From a bacterium (GTDB lineage: Bacteria; Patescibacteriota; Minisyncoccia; Minisyncoccales; CG1-02-41-26), in contig JAUWWY010000004.1 in NCBI GenBank assembly GCA_030616605.1, positions 1,101 to 65,100 of the forward strand: a stretch of DNA of 64,000 nucleotides. The letters run 5' to 3'. The notes below the pieces were generated by a model, which did not search any database, had not been told where the DNA came from, and was given only the letters and a program-made list of their open reading frames with translations. Positions 32,930 through 43,996 of this stretch are shown one piece after another; position 1 is the stretch's first letter; each line of letters begins with the position of its first letter. Made by a program: the position numbers and the translations under genes.

Positions 32930-34609
32930 TTAAACTTCTATAACAACCGGCAGTATTATTGGTCTTCGTTTTGTTTTGGAAAAAAGAAACTCACCAATTT
33001 TATTTCTTAATTCATCTTTAACATGAGTCCAATTAACTGCTCCACCTGAGCCGGCTGCTTTGTTTACGATATCAATAATTCTTTTCCTCGTTTCTTTTAA
33101 AAGTTCTTTTGATTCTCTTAAATAAATAAACCCTCTTGATATTATATCAGGAGAACCTTTAATCTTTCCAGCTTGCCTGTCTACAATAGCGATAATGACG
33201 AACATTCCATCCTGAGCTAAATTTTGTCTGTCTCGTAAAACTACTTCTCCAACATCTCCGATTCCCAAACCGTCAACCATCACATAATTTGAAGGCACTC
33301 TCTCTTTTGTAAGAGAAAGTGTTTTTTGATTCAAATTTATAACTTGCCCATTTTCAGCAATAACGATATTTTTTGGAGAGATACCTTCTTCTTCTGCCAG
33401 TTCAGCATGTTTTACTAACATTGAATATTGTCCGTAAATAGGCAGAAAGAATTTTGGTTTCATAATCCTTATCATTTCTTTCAATTCTTCCTGTTTAGCG
33501 TGTCCTGAAGCATGGATATCCATCATTTTGTAGTGAAAGACTTTAGCTCCTTGGCGGTGGAATTCATCTTTTAAAATCTGAACACTTTTCTCATTTCCGG
33601 GAACTATTGAAGAAGAAAAAATAATAGTATCTTCTTTCTTAATCTGAATAAATTTATGTTCATGATTGGCAATTCTCATAAAAGCAGCATCCTCTTCTCC
33701 TTGGGCACCGGTACAAATAACACTTATTTTTGAGTCAGGGAATTTACTGATATCTTTTGTTTTTATAAAAGTTCCCTTTTTAACCTTAATTTTTTTTAGA
33801 GTTTGAGCAACTTTGATATTAGTTTTCATACTGTATCCCTCAATTGCTACTTTTCTTTTATATTTTTCAGAGAGAGTAATTAATTGTTGAATTCGGTTAA
33901 TAAGAGAAGCAAAAGAGGCGGCAATAATTCTACCTTCTACTTTTTTGAAAATTTTATCTAAGTTTTCAAAAATTGTTTCTTCGGAAAGAGAATGACCTTC
34001 TTCTTCTGCCCCGGTAGATTCAGACATTAAGAGTAAAATACCTCTTTGAGCAATCTTTTTTAATTTCTCAAAATTGGTTGGAGGTTCATTAACCGGCGAT
34101 TCATCAAATTTAAAATCAGAAGTATGGATAATATTTCCGACAGGGGTCTTAATAAAAAATCCAAGATTGTCTGGAATGTTGTGATTTAATCTGAAAAATT
34201 CAATTTCAAACGGTCCTAATTTAATCTTAGAGCCGTCTTTTACTGTTTCTATCTCAGGTTGAGGTTGATTTGAAAAATCTTCCTGCCTTTTTAAAATCAT
34301 ACCTTTAGTTAAGGCACCGGTATATATTGGAATAGAGCCAATTCTTGGCAGGGTATAGGGAATAGCCCCAATATGGTCATAATGGCCGTGAGTAATGATT
34401 GTCCCCAGAATATCTTTTGTTCTTTTCTTTAAATAAGCACTATTGGGAATAGTACAATCAATTCCAGGCATATTTTCTTCAGGGAAACCAAGACCCATAT
34501 CCATAATTAAAATCTTTCCTTGATATTCAAAAAGTATCATATTCCTACCGACTTCACCTTGGCCGCCCAAAGGAATTATTCTGAGATTTTGTTTTTGAGA
34601 TTTTTCCAT
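32930..34609 (-). CDS. rnj: ribonuclease J
   Basis: Metallo-beta-lactamase 'ITHGHYDHIG', beta-CASP region, 'HASGHA'. The ORF-track start at 34648 lies inside the intergenic repeat; ATG at 34609 (MEKSQKQNLRIIPLGG) is preferred. Confidence 0.9.
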   Translation of the reverse strand: MEKSQKQNLRIIPLGGQGEVGRNMILFEYQGKILIMDMGLGFPEENMPGIDCTIPNSAYLKKRTKDILGTIITHGHYDHIGAIPYTLPRIGSIPIYTGALTKGMILKRQEDFSNQPQPEIETVKDGSKIKLGPFEIEFFRLNHNIPDNLGFFIKTPVGNIIHTSDFKFDESPVNEPPTNFEKLKKIAQRGILLLMSESTGAEEEGHSLSEETIFENLDKIFKKVEGRIIAASFASLINRIQQLITLSEKYKRKVAIEGYSMKTNIKVAQTLKKIKVKKGTFIKTKDISKFPDSKISVICTGAQGEEDAAFMRIANHEHKFIQIKKEDTIIFSSSIVPGNEKSVQILKDEFHRQGAKVFHYKMMDIHASGHAKQEELKEMIRIMKPKFFLPIYGQYSMLVKHAELAEEEGISPKNIVIAENGQVINLNQKTLSLTKERVPSNYVMVDGLGIGDVGEVVLRDRQNLAQDGMFVIIAIVDRQAGKIKGSPDIISRGFIYLRESKELLKETRKRIIDIVNKAAGSGGAVNWTHVKDELRNKIGEFLFSKTKRRPIILPVVIEV

Positions 34610-34778
34610 AATTGCAAGAGAGGAAGAAAATTGAAAGTTTACTTTCAATTTTCGACCGAACGAAGTAATTAGAAGGTTCTGTAAACTTAGTGAGCAGGTT
34701 CTTATTTTCGGAATATATATTTATACCTTGCCGAAATCAAGGTTCTGCCGAGCATTAGCGAGGCAGGTTCTTATAGTA
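34608..34778 (+). repeat. modular intergenic repeat family, locus 3 (two units)
   Basis: ATAATTGCAAGAGAGGAAG, hairpin ATTGAAAGT-tt-ACTTTCAAT, TTCGACCGAACGAAGTAATTAG, AAGGTTCT-N-CAGGTTCTTA. Then TTTTCGGAATATATATTTATACCTTGCCGAAATC and AAGGTTCTGCCGAGCATTAGCGAGGCAGGTTCTTATAG. Confidence 0.8.
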
Positions 34779-34779
34779 G

Positions 34780-34862
34780 TGCGGGCAGGAGGATTTGCAC
34801 CTCCACAGGATTTCTCCTACTAACTTCTGAAGCTAGCGCGTCTGCTGTTTCGCCATGCCCGC
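34780..34862 (-). tRNA. tRNA-Leu (anticodon CAG)
   Basis: Minus-strand fold. Acceptor GCGGGCA/TGCCCGC, anticodon arm CTAGC-TTCAGAA-GTTAG, long variable arm, T arm GGAGG-TGCAAAT-CCTCC. Confidence 0.8.
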
Positions 34863-35447
34863 TTAGTCCTTTAAAAAATCCAAGTTTTTTGGAATGGATT
34901 TTTTTGGTTTTTCAAAACGAAGTTTGGGAATTTTTTTGTAATTTTTATTTTTAATCCAGCCCTTTTTAGTACAGTAATAACAAGCGCCCTGCATTTTTTC
35001 AAATAGCCGATAATTGCTTTTACAGTTTTCAGAAACCCAGTTTGCCATTTTTAAATCTTTTTTTGAAGGGTTAATAGTAACATGGCCGTAATAGGGAGGA
35101 ATTATAGCCACCTCGCCCTTTTTGGCTTTTACTGCATAGACATCTTTAATCTGGTTACCATCACATTTCTGCATTAAAAAGATTGCTTGACCTTCAAGAA
35201 CAATATAAACTTCTCCAAATTTTCCAAGATGTTCATGGCCCTTAGTTTTTGTAAACTCCTGACCCAACATTCGTGTAGGGATGATAGTAATATCATATCT
35301 TAAATCATTCTTTTTTTTAATATTCCTATACATATAATAGAATTCAAAATTAGGAGCTGTTTTTAACCATTTCTGGTCATAGAGAACTTTTTTCATGTTA
35401 TTCAAGTAGCGAATATCTGGTTTTTTATTTTTTAAGTTTATTTCCAT
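34863..35447 (-). CDS. cupin-type (archaeal-type) glucose-6-phosphate isomerase
   Basis: 'TKGHEH....GEVYIVLEG' and 'IIPPYYGHVTINP' match the metal-binding cupin PGI pattern as I recall it from the Pyrococcus-type enzyme. Confidence 0.65.
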   Translation of the reverse strand: MEINLKNKKPDIRYLNNMKKVLYDQKWLKTAPNFEFYYMYRNIKKKNDLRYDITIIPTRMLGQEFTKTKGHEHLGKFGEVYIVLEGQAIFLMQKCDGNQIKDVYAVKAKKGEVAIIPPYYGHVTINPSKKDLKMANWVSENCKSNYRLFEKMQGACYYCTKKGWIKNKNYKKIPKLRFEKPKKSIPKNLDFLKD

Positions 35448-37450
35448 GCTCTTTTTGTTTTAATAAACCAATCTTCTATTCCCATAAATCTTTTTGAAGG
35501 TTTAGTGATTTTCTCAACTTTATAACCCTTTATTTTTGAGGAAAGAAAATAAAAGTAATCTCCCCTGACTAAAAATATTGCTGGTAAATCTTCCAGTAAA
35601 ACTTCCTGAAATTTCTCTAAGCTTTCTTTTCTTTCTGTTTCATCCAATGTTTCTCTGGCTTTTTCTAAAAGCTTATCCGCTTCTCTTGATTGATAGCTGG
35701 TGATGTTCAATCCGGGATAGTCTTTTTGACTTGAATGCCAGAAAGAAAAAGGATCAGGTAAAGAGCCCAGAGCCTCTCCAAAGAGCAGCATTTCAAAATT
35801 TCTTTTAGCTAAAATATTTGTTTGAAATTCTCCAAGACTTACTTCTTTAATTTCGATCTCAGCTCCAATATCTTGCCAGTTCAGTTTTAAAATTTCAGCA
35901 ATTTCTCTGAGGGGGAATTTATCAGAAGTGGTGAGGGTAAATTTTAAAGGGATAATTTCTTCCGGTTGTTCAACGCAGATTTTATTAAGTTTTTCTCTGG
36001 TCATTGGTTTAACGTCTCCAGTGCCTTTTTTCAATCCTATCGGAGTTAAGATTTCTGAAGCATATTTCTCCTGGAAGCGGATTACAGCCGCTTTTGTTTT
36101 TGAGCCAAAATAGCCGGTAACTTCTCCCTCTGGATAAACCTCCTTATCTTCGGCTAAACATTTTTGAAGTTCTCTTACATCCTCACCCCTACTACCATAG
36201 ACTAAATTTCTTTTAAAGGGAAGAGAGACTTCTTTGACAACAACCTTCTCTCTTTTTCCAGTTTCTGGATTAATTTTAAAGCCTTCTTTTTCTAAAATCT
36301 CTTTTGCTTCATCAATATCAAAGTTAAAAATTTGGGAAGGAGATTCAAAATTGAAATAGTCAGCTAAGATGGGAGAATTAACTACTTTTCCTTCTCCTTC
36401 AAAGACCCTATCTAAGATTTCTTCTTTATTAACAGCAAAACTTAAAACTTTTCTTATTTTCTGACTTAAAATTTTTGAATCTTTGGAATTAAAAAATAGG
36501 GCAAAATATCTTGGTAAATCAATCCTATAGAAATTAAAACCTTCCTTTTTTAAAACATTAAAATATTTTGGGTCAGAAACTGAGAAGCCATCGATTTCAC
36601 CAAGTCTGGCAGCTGCTGTTAACTCATCAAGGTTTTGATAAAAATAAAAAGAAATTTTTTTCAAAAAAGGCTTTTTATCATAAAATTTTTCATTCCTTTC
36701 AAAAGTTAATTTTTTTATAAATCCTGACTTATTCTCTTTTATTTCTTTTATCTTAAAAGGTCCTGAACCTATGAGATAATCTTTTAAAACAAAAGCCCAA
36801 GGAAAATTTTCCGGCGGGATATCTTGAAAAATATGTTTCGGCAAAATTTTTAAATGAGCTACTGTTTCCAAAAATGAAGAATATTTTTTTTGGAGACGAA
36901 AAATAATTTTATTATTTCCTTTTGCTTCAATCCTTATTCCCAGCCATTCAATCCTTAAAGGACTTTTATATAGAGGCGACTGGATTAATTCTATTGTAAA
37001 AATAATGTCTTCTAAAGTTAATGGTTTTCCGTCATGCCAGAAAACATTGTCTTTTAATGTGAACTCGTAATCTTTGCCGTTATTTTCAATTTGGTAATCA
37101 CTGCTTAAATCCTTTACAATCTCTCCTTTCCCATCATACTTCAGAAGACCGGAGAACAAGATTTCAACTAAATCCCTATCTGAATCATTATTTGATAGAT
37201 AAAGAGGATTAATAAATCTTGGCTGGCCAATTAACCCTTCTTTATATTCTCCGCCAAAAGTAGGCAGGACATGGGTATTTTTGAGGTAAAAATTGACATT
37301 AAGAAAAACTGCTGAAATAATCGCTAAACTAAGAAATAAAATAAAGAGATTTTTTTCTTTTTTGGAAAGAGAATTAAAAAATCTCTTCCATTGAGGAACA
37401 CTCGGGAAATTATTGAAAAAAAAGGTTTTAATTTTTTTTAATAACCTCAA
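35438..37450 (-). CDS. ABC-transporter family-5 (OppA/DppA-like) solute-binding protein with inserted peptidoglycan-binding-like segment
   Basis: N-terminal TM anchor. SBP_5-like core ('GEYKEGLIGQPRFINPL', 'FWHDGKPLTLEDI'). Insert 'GSRGEDVRELQKCLA....GYFGSKTKAAVIRFQEKY' resembles PG_binding_1. Confidence 0.75.
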   Translation of the reverse strand: MRLLKKIKTFFFNNFPSVPQWKRFFNSLSKKEKNLFILFLSLAIISAVFLNVNFYLKNTHVLPTFGGEYKEGLIGQPRFINPLYLSNNDSDRDLVEILFSGLLKYDGKGEIVKDLSSDYQIENNGKDYEFTLKDNVFWHDGKPLTLEDIIFTIELIQSPLYKSPLRIEWLGIRIEAKGNNKIIFRLQKKYSSFLETVAHLKILPKHIFQDIPPENFPWAFVLKDYLIGSGPFKIKEIKENKSGFIKKLTFERNEKFYDKKPFLKKISFYFYQNLDELTAAARLGEIDGFSVSDPKYFNVLKKEGFNFYRIDLPRYFALFFNSKDSKILSQKIRKVLSFAVNKEEILDRVFEGEGKVVNSPILADYFNFESPSQIFNFDIDEAKEILEKEGFKINPETGKREKVVVKEVSLPFKRNLVYGSRGEDVRELQKCLAEDKEVYPEGEVTGYFGSKTKAAVIRFQEKYASEILTPIGLKKGTGDVKPMTREKLNKICVEQPEEIIPLKFTLTTSDKFPLREIAEILKLNWQDIGAEIEIKEVSLGEFQTNILAKRNFEMLLFGEALGSLPDPFSFWHSSQKDYPGLNITSYQSREADKLLEKARETLDETERKESLEKFQEVLLEDLPAIFLVRGDYFYFLSSKIKGYKVEKITKPSKRFMGIEDWFIKTKRAWK

Positions 37451-37463
37451 AATATAGAAGGGT

Positions 37464-37682
37464 TTAAATAATTAGGTTTAATAAAGAGAGAATGATAAAC
37501 AAAGATGCTAAAACTATAGTAACCCAAAAAACTTTTTTCTCGAGACCTCTTTTTTTAGTGTAAAAACTTTCTCCTCCCTGACCGAAAGCTGAACCCAGGG
37601 CTGTCCCTCGCTGCTGCAATAAAATAAATGCAATTAAAAGAAAAGAAACAAGAATTTGAAAAATGAGAAAAATTTTTGTCAT
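37464..37682 (-). CDS. secG: preprotein translocase subunit SecG
   Basis: 72 aa, two TM helices, 'LLQQRGTALGSAFGQGG' Gly-rich loop. Confidence 0.75.
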   Translation of the reverse strand: MTKIFLIFQILVSFLLIAFILLQQRGTALGSAFGQGGESFYTKKRGLEKKVFWVTIVLASLFIILSLLNLII

Positions 37683-38035
37683 GTCTTAGAAATTCTTAAA
37701 GCAAGGAAGTTCATGATTAAAACTAAAAATGCTGTTCCCAAAAGAGGTAAAATACCAAAGATAACCAGGTCCGGGAAAAGAATATCTACCAGCCAGACTA
37801 TTATTATATTGATGATTAATCCAAAAAGGCCAAAAGTCAAGATTTTCAAGGGAAGAGCAATCAAGTTAATGATTGGTTTCAAAAAATAATTAATTACTGC
37901 TAAAACAATTCCAGCCAGACCCAGAGTTTTCAGAAATTGTTCAGAGCCTCCTTTTACATATACTCCCGGTATAAGGAGAGTTGCTAAATAAAGAGCCAAA
38001 AAAGCAGCAATCAAATGCAAAAGAAATCTTTTCAT
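37679..38035 (-). CDS. phage-holin-4_2/YvlD-like membrane protein
   Basis: 118 aa, 4 TM helices, 'KILTFGLFGLIINIIIVWLVD' pattern. Confidence 0.55.
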   Translation of the reverse strand: MKRFLLHLIAAFLALYLATLLIPGVYVKGGSEQFLKTLGLAGIVLAVINYFLKPIINLIALPLKILTFGLFGLIINIIIVWLVDILFPDLVIFGILPLLGTAFLVLIMNFLALRISKT

Positions 38036-38178
38036 TAGTTATAGCTTATCAATTTTTTTAAAGAAGTCAATCACAGCCATTGCCTAAGGCAATTCACCAT
38101 CCGTTAAAACCTTGACAGATTATAAATTTAACTGTAAAACATAGATGTTCATTAAAATTAAAATAAGGAGATTTAAAA

Positions 38179-38616
38179 ATGATGACAGAAGAAAGGGAGC
38201 AAAGAGTAAGAGAGCTCTGGCAGGAACTCTTAGAACAGGGACCAACCAGGGGTGATATTCGCTTTATCATTGAAAAAGTTAAACTCTTAAGAGGAGAAGC
38301 CTGGCAGAAACTCCTAAGCTGGGGACCAACCAATGATGACCTCTGCTATATCATCAAATATATTGAGTCCTTAAGAGAAGAAGCCGGCCAGAAACTCTTA
38401 AAACAGGCACCAACCAATGATAACATCCGCCTTATTATTAGGTCTGTTGAGTCCTTAAGAGAGGAAGCCGGTCAGAAACTCTTAGAACAGGGAGCAGCCA
38501 GGATTGACCTCCGCTGTATCATCAGATATATTGAACCCTTAAGAGAAAAAGCCAAGCGACTGCTTAAAGGACCACGGGAGGAGATTCTTAAAGAGATGCT
38601 TGCCCTCGTTCCTTAG
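38179..38616 (+). CDS. tandem 29-aa helical-repeat protein
   Basis: Four consecutive 87-bp repeats encoding 'A-x-QKLL-x-Q-x-PTNDD-x-x-x-II-x-x-(V/I)E-x-LREE'. The antisense ORF 38094..38333 is an artefact. Confidence 0.65.
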   Translation: MMTEEREQRVRELWQELLEQGPTRGDIRFIIEKVKLLRGEAWQKLLSWGPTNDDLCYIIKYIESLREEAGQKLLKQAPTNDNIRLIIRSVESLREEAGQKLLEQGAARIDLRCIIRYIEPLREKAKRLLKGPREEILKEMLALVP

Positions 38617-38629
38617 CTTCCCTAGAAAT

Positions 38630-38666
38630 GGCTGACTGAAATACTATTTTCAGTCAGCCATTTTTC
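38630..38666 (+). terminator. rho-independent terminator (GGCTGACTGAAA ... TTTCAGTCAGCC + TTTTT)
   Basis: 12-bp stem and T-run read directly. Confidence 0.75.
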
Positions 38667-38691
38667 TTTGGATTAAAATTTTTCAATAGAC

Positions 38692-38745
38692 TTGACAAAA
38701 TTTTCTTAAGCGTTAAAATTAGCAATTAAAGGTCATGACTGCTAA
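38692..38745 (+). promoter_or_regulatory. groES promoter (TTGACA-16-TAAAAT) overlapping a CIRCE-like inverted repeat
   Basis: TTAGCAATT-N9-GACTGCTAA at 38719..38745, compared with the CIRCE consensus TTAGCACTC-N9-GAGTGCTAA. Confidence 0.6.
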
Positions 38746-38756
38746 AAAATAAAAAT

Positions 38757-40663
<1,907 letters not shown>

Positions 40664-40680
40664 AGCTTAAAGGAAAATCT

Positions 40681-40724
40681 TAACCCAAAATCCTCTCTAT
40701 TGATTCAGAGAGGATTTTGGGTTA
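40681..40724 (+). terminator. 17-bp hairpin after groEL (TAACCCAAAATCCTCTC ... GAGAGGATTTTGGGTTA)
   Basis: Read directly. No clear T-run. Overlaps the ORF-track start (40700) of the next gene. Confidence 0.55.
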
Positions 40725-40735
40725 GAATAAGATAT

Positions 40736-41266
40736 ATGAATTGTCCAGTCTGTAAAAAAAGTCTCCAAAAATCAATTTTTTATAGTATTGAACTTGACTA
40801 TTGTCCTACTTGTCTTGGACTTTGGTTTGAACAAGATGAATTAAGGCAAGCTAAAGATGAAAAAGATAAAGATTTAAATTGGCTGGATATTGACCTTTGG
40901 AAAGAGGAAACAAAATTTAAAATTTCTAAAAATAAAAAAATTTGTCCTTCTTGTTCAGTTCCTTTTTACGAAATAAATTACGCTGATTCTGAGATTTCAG
41001 TTGATGTTTGTAATGTCTGCCAGGGGATTTGGTTAGACAGGGGAGAGTTTAAAAAAATTATTAATTACTTAAAAGAAAAAGGGGAATACGAGATTCTTAA
41101 TAAATATCTCAAGAATTTTATTAAAGAAGGTGCGGAGATATTTATTGGTCCGGAAACCTTTAAATCTGAGGTTTCTGACTTTCTGACAATTTTAAAACTT
41201 TTGAATTATAAATTTGTAAGTCAATATCCGACAATCAGCAAAATAATTTCAATGTTGCCGCGGTGA
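40736..41266 (+). CDS. double zinc-ribbon (TFIIB-type) protein
   Basis: Two copies of 'C-P-x-C ... C-x-x-C-x-G-x-W-(F/L)-(E/D)' ('CPVCKK..CPTCLGLWFEQDEL' and 'CPSCS..CNVCQGIWLDRGEF'). ATG at 40736 is preferred over 40700. Confidence 0.6.
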   Translation: MNCPVCKKSLQKSIFYSIELDYCPTCLGLWFEQDELRQAKDEKDKDLNWLDIDLWKEETKFKISKNKKICPSCSVPFYEINYADSEISVDVCNVCQGIWLDRGEFKKIINYLKEKGEYEILNKYLKNFIKEGAEIFIGPETFKSEVSDFLTILKLLNYKFVSQYPTISKIISMLPR

Positions 41267-41301
41267 TAAAAGGTCGGGTAAGTTAAATACATATAAAATA
41301 T

Positions 41302-41856
41302 ATGGATTATCTTTATATAATTTTAATTGTAGTTGCTATAATTGTCGTTTGGTTTATCGTAATTTACAACAGTTTGGTTAAAAGAAAAAATCGAGGAAAA
41401 GAAGCTTGGTCAGATATTGATGTTCAGTTGAAAAGAAGGTACAACTTGATTCCTAATTTGATTCAGACAGTTAAAGGGTATGCGGCTCACGAAAAAGGAG
41501 TTTTAGAAAAAGTTACTCAAGCTCGAGCGAGAGCAATGGGAGCTCAAAGCGTGGAAGAAAAAGCAAAAGCTGAGAATATGTTGACTGACACCTTGAAATC
41601 CCTTTTCGCAGTTTCAGAAAATTATCCGGATTTAAAAGCTTCCCAGAATTTCTTAGAACTTCAAAGAGAACTGCGGGATACTGAAGATAAAATTCAAGCG
41701 GCTAGAAGATTTTACAACAGCAATGTCCGGGATTTAAGTATAAAGATTGAAAGTTTTCCTTCAAATATTGTTGCCAACATTTTTAAGTTTAAGAAGATGG
41801 AACTGTTTGAATTAGAAGAGGCGGAAGCGAGAGCAGTACCGAAAGTGAGCTTTTAA
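41302..41856 (+). CDS. lemA: LemA family protein
   Basis: '[44 protein letters not shown]' and '[11 protein letters not shown]'. Confidence 0.85.
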   Translation: MDYLYIILIVVAIIVVWFIVIYNSLVKRKNRGKEAWSDIDVQLKRRYNLIPNLIQTVKGYAAHEKGVLEKVTQARARAMGAQSVEEKAKAENMLTDTLKSLFAVSENYPDLKASQNFLELQRELRDTEDKIQAARRFYNSNVRDLSIKIESFPSNIVANIFKFKKMELFELEEAEARAVPKVSF

Positions 41857-41863
41857 GAATTTT

Positions 41864-42763
41864 ATGTCAACTCTCTATTCTCATGCCGAGTCCAACGTGC
41901 GTAAAACTTGGTTGCTCATCATCATTTTTTTAGTCTTTATCATTGCTTTGGCTTGGCTTTTCAGTTATATTTTGAACAGCCCGACGATTTTAATAGTAGC
42001 TGTAATTTTTAGTATTTTAATAAGTTTTGGAAGTTTTTGGTATTCAGATAAAGTTGTTTTAGCAATGACTCATGCTAAACCGATAGAAAAGAAAGATAAC
42101 CCTGAGCTTTATAGAATAGTTGAAAATCTTTGCATTACAGCCGGAATTCCTCTGCCCAAAATTTATATCTTAGCCGAGAGCCAGTCAAATGCTTTTGCTA
42201 CCGGCAGAAATGAAAAACATGCTGTGGTTGCCGTAACAACTGGACTTTTAGAAAAATTAGAAAGAACAGAACTTGAAGGAGTGATTGCCCATGAACTTTC
42301 TCATATTAAAAATAAAGATATGCTTTTACAAACAATGGTTGTTGTTTTAGCTGGAATTGTAGCTTTAGTTTCTAATTGGTTTTTAAGAATTAGTTTTTAT
42401 GGAGGAATGGGAAAAAGAAACAAAGGTTCAGCAGGGATACTTTTAATCATACTTGGATTAATTGCTGCTATTTTAGCCCCGTTTGCTGCTTCAATTATTC
42501 GTTTGGCGATTTCTCGAAAAAGAGAATTTTTAGCTGATGCTTCAGGAGCTTTATTAACAAGATATCCGGAGGGATTAGCTGGAGCTTTAAAAAAAATTTC
42601 TTCTGACCTTACTCCAATGAGAGTTGCTAGTAATTCTACTGCTCATCTTTTTATTTCTTCGCCTTTTAAAGGAAAGCAGAACCGAAGTTGGTTTACAAAA
42701 CTTTTTTTAACTCATCCGCCTGTTGAAGAAAGAATCCGGGCTTTGAGAGGAATGAAAGTCTAA
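41864..42763 (+). CDS. htpX: M48-family zinc metalloprotease HtpX
   Basis: 'HELSHIKNKD' (HExxH), 4 TM helices, 'REFLADASGA'. Common lemA-htpX pairing. Confidence 0.85.
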   Translation: MSTLYSHAESNVRKTWLLIIIFLVFIIALAWLFSYILNSPTILIVAVIFSILISFGSFWYSDKVVLAMTHAKPIEKKDNPELYRIVENLCITAGIPLPKIYILAESQSNAFATGRNEKHAVVAVTTGLLEKLERTELEGVIAHELSHIKNKDMLLQTMVVVLAGIVALVSNWFLRISFYGGMGKRNKGSAGILLIILGLIAAILAPFAASIIRLAISRKREFLADASGALLTRYPEGLAGALKKISSDLTPMRVASNSTAHLFISSPFKGKQNRSWFTKLFLTHPPVEERIRALRGMKV

Positions 42764-42764
42764 A

Positions 42765-42849
42765 GGAAGGGTGCCAGAGCGGTTTAACGGAACGGCTTGG
42801 AAAGCCGTGACTTTTCGGAGTCTCGTGGGTTCGAATCCCACCCCTTCCG
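42765..42849 (+). tRNA. tRNA-Ser (anticodon GGA)
   Basis: Acceptor GGAAGGG/CCCTTCC, anticodon arm ACGGC-TTGGAAA-GCCGT, long variable arm, T arm GTGGG-TTCGAAT-CCCAC. Confidence 0.85.
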
Positions 42850-42857
42850 TATAAAAA

Positions 42858-42890
42858 CCCTGTCTGGAATAAGTTCAGACAGGGCTTTTG
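42858..42890. terminator. bidirectional terminator (CCCTGTCTG ... CAGACAGGG)
   Basis: 9-bp stem with an A-run and T-run. Lies between tRNA-Ser and a convergent GT4 gene. Confidence 0.65.
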
Positions 42891-42901
42891 ATTTCTTGCT
42901 G

Positions 42902-43996
42902 TTACTTCTTTAGAACTTCAAGATAAGTTCTTTCATAATTGTCTACCATTTTCTCCAAACTAAAATTTTTTTCAATATGAGCTCGGCAATCTTTTGAATT
43001 TATTTCATTAATTTTTTTTAAAGCTTTTTTCAATCCCTCAATCCCTTGTTTTGGTTTGACTACAAAGCCAGTTTTTCCATTATTTACAAGTTCTGAAACA
43101 GAGCCTCTATCAAAGCCGATAACAGGAGTTCCGCAAGATTGAGCTTCAGCCATTATTAAACCAAAGGGTTCTTGCCAGTTGATAGTCATTAGGAAAGCTT
43201 TTGCTTTCTGCATCAATTTGGCAACCTGCCTTTTAAATAAAGGCTGCTCGAAAGAAATTGGCGCTATCCAGTTAATTTTTCTTGATAGATAGGGCTTAAC
43301 ATCTTTTTTAAAAAATTCCGGGTCTTCAACATTGCCAGCCAACAAAAGCTTTGAGTTTGTCTCTCTGGCTAATTTTATTGCCCATCTTACTCCTTTGGGG
43401 TCCAAAAAGTTTCCTTTTTTGTCTTTGGCCTTAGCTAATCTCCCAATCCATAAAAGATAATCCTCTTTTTTTGAGCAAAATCCATATAGGTTTGTATCTA
43501 CTCCATTATGAATCACTCTGGAAATTTTTGATTTTTTAGCTAATCTCTTGACCGCTTTTGAAATGCAAATTAAATAAGCCCCAGAGAACAAAGACAAGGC
43601 CTCATCTAATTCAGGTGTCATTTGAGTATGGATGGTGGTAACTAGGGGTGTTTTAATATGTTTTTCCATCAATAGGGGAATAAACTCCGGGTAAGAGTGA
43701 TTATGAATTATATCAAAATTAGAAGATATTTTTTCTACTATTTTAATTTGTTTTATTAAAAAGGAAGTGTGGGCGTAGAAAGGATTTTCAAAGGAAGAAG
43801 ATATTTCATAAAAACCTTTTTTAATAATTGGAATGATTTCAACTCCAGGAATATAACTATCTTCTGTTCCCAGAACAGTGATTTTATGACCCCTTTTTTT
43901 AAGTCCAGAAATCAAATCAAAAATTACTCTGGGTCTGGCAGCAGTAATTTTTTGGGAAATTTTTCTTGTCAGAGGAGCAAGAACAAGAATTTTCAT
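42902..43996 (-). CDS. glycosyltransferase family 4
   Basis: 'EPFGLIMAEAQSCGTPVIGFDRGS' GT-B/GT4 C-terminal motif. Confidence 0.8.
   Translation of the reverse strand: MKILVLAPLTRKISQKITAARPRVIFDLISGLKKRGHKITVLGTEDSYIPGVEIIPIIKKGFYEISSSFENPFYAHTSFLIKQIKIVEKISSNFDIIHNHSYPEFIPLLMEKHIKTPLVTTIHTQMTPELDEALSLFSGAYLICISKAVKRLAKKSKISRVIHNGVDTNLYGFCSKKEDYLLWIGRLAKAKDKKGNFLDPKGVRWAIKLARETNSKLLLAGNVEDPEFFKKDVKPYLSRKINWIAPISFEQPLFKRQVAKLMQKAKAFLMTINWQEPFGLIMAEAQSCGTPVIGFDRGSVSELVNNGKTGFVVKPKQGIEGLKKALKKINEINSKDCRAHIEKNFSLEKMVDNYERTYLEVLKK

Noticed and set aside
38094-38333. ORF 38094..38333(-) antisense to the 29-aa repeat protein
   Set aside because: It is an antisense reading of the 87-bp tandem repeats. 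The plus-strand ORF shows coherent repeat periodicity, a start context and a terminator.
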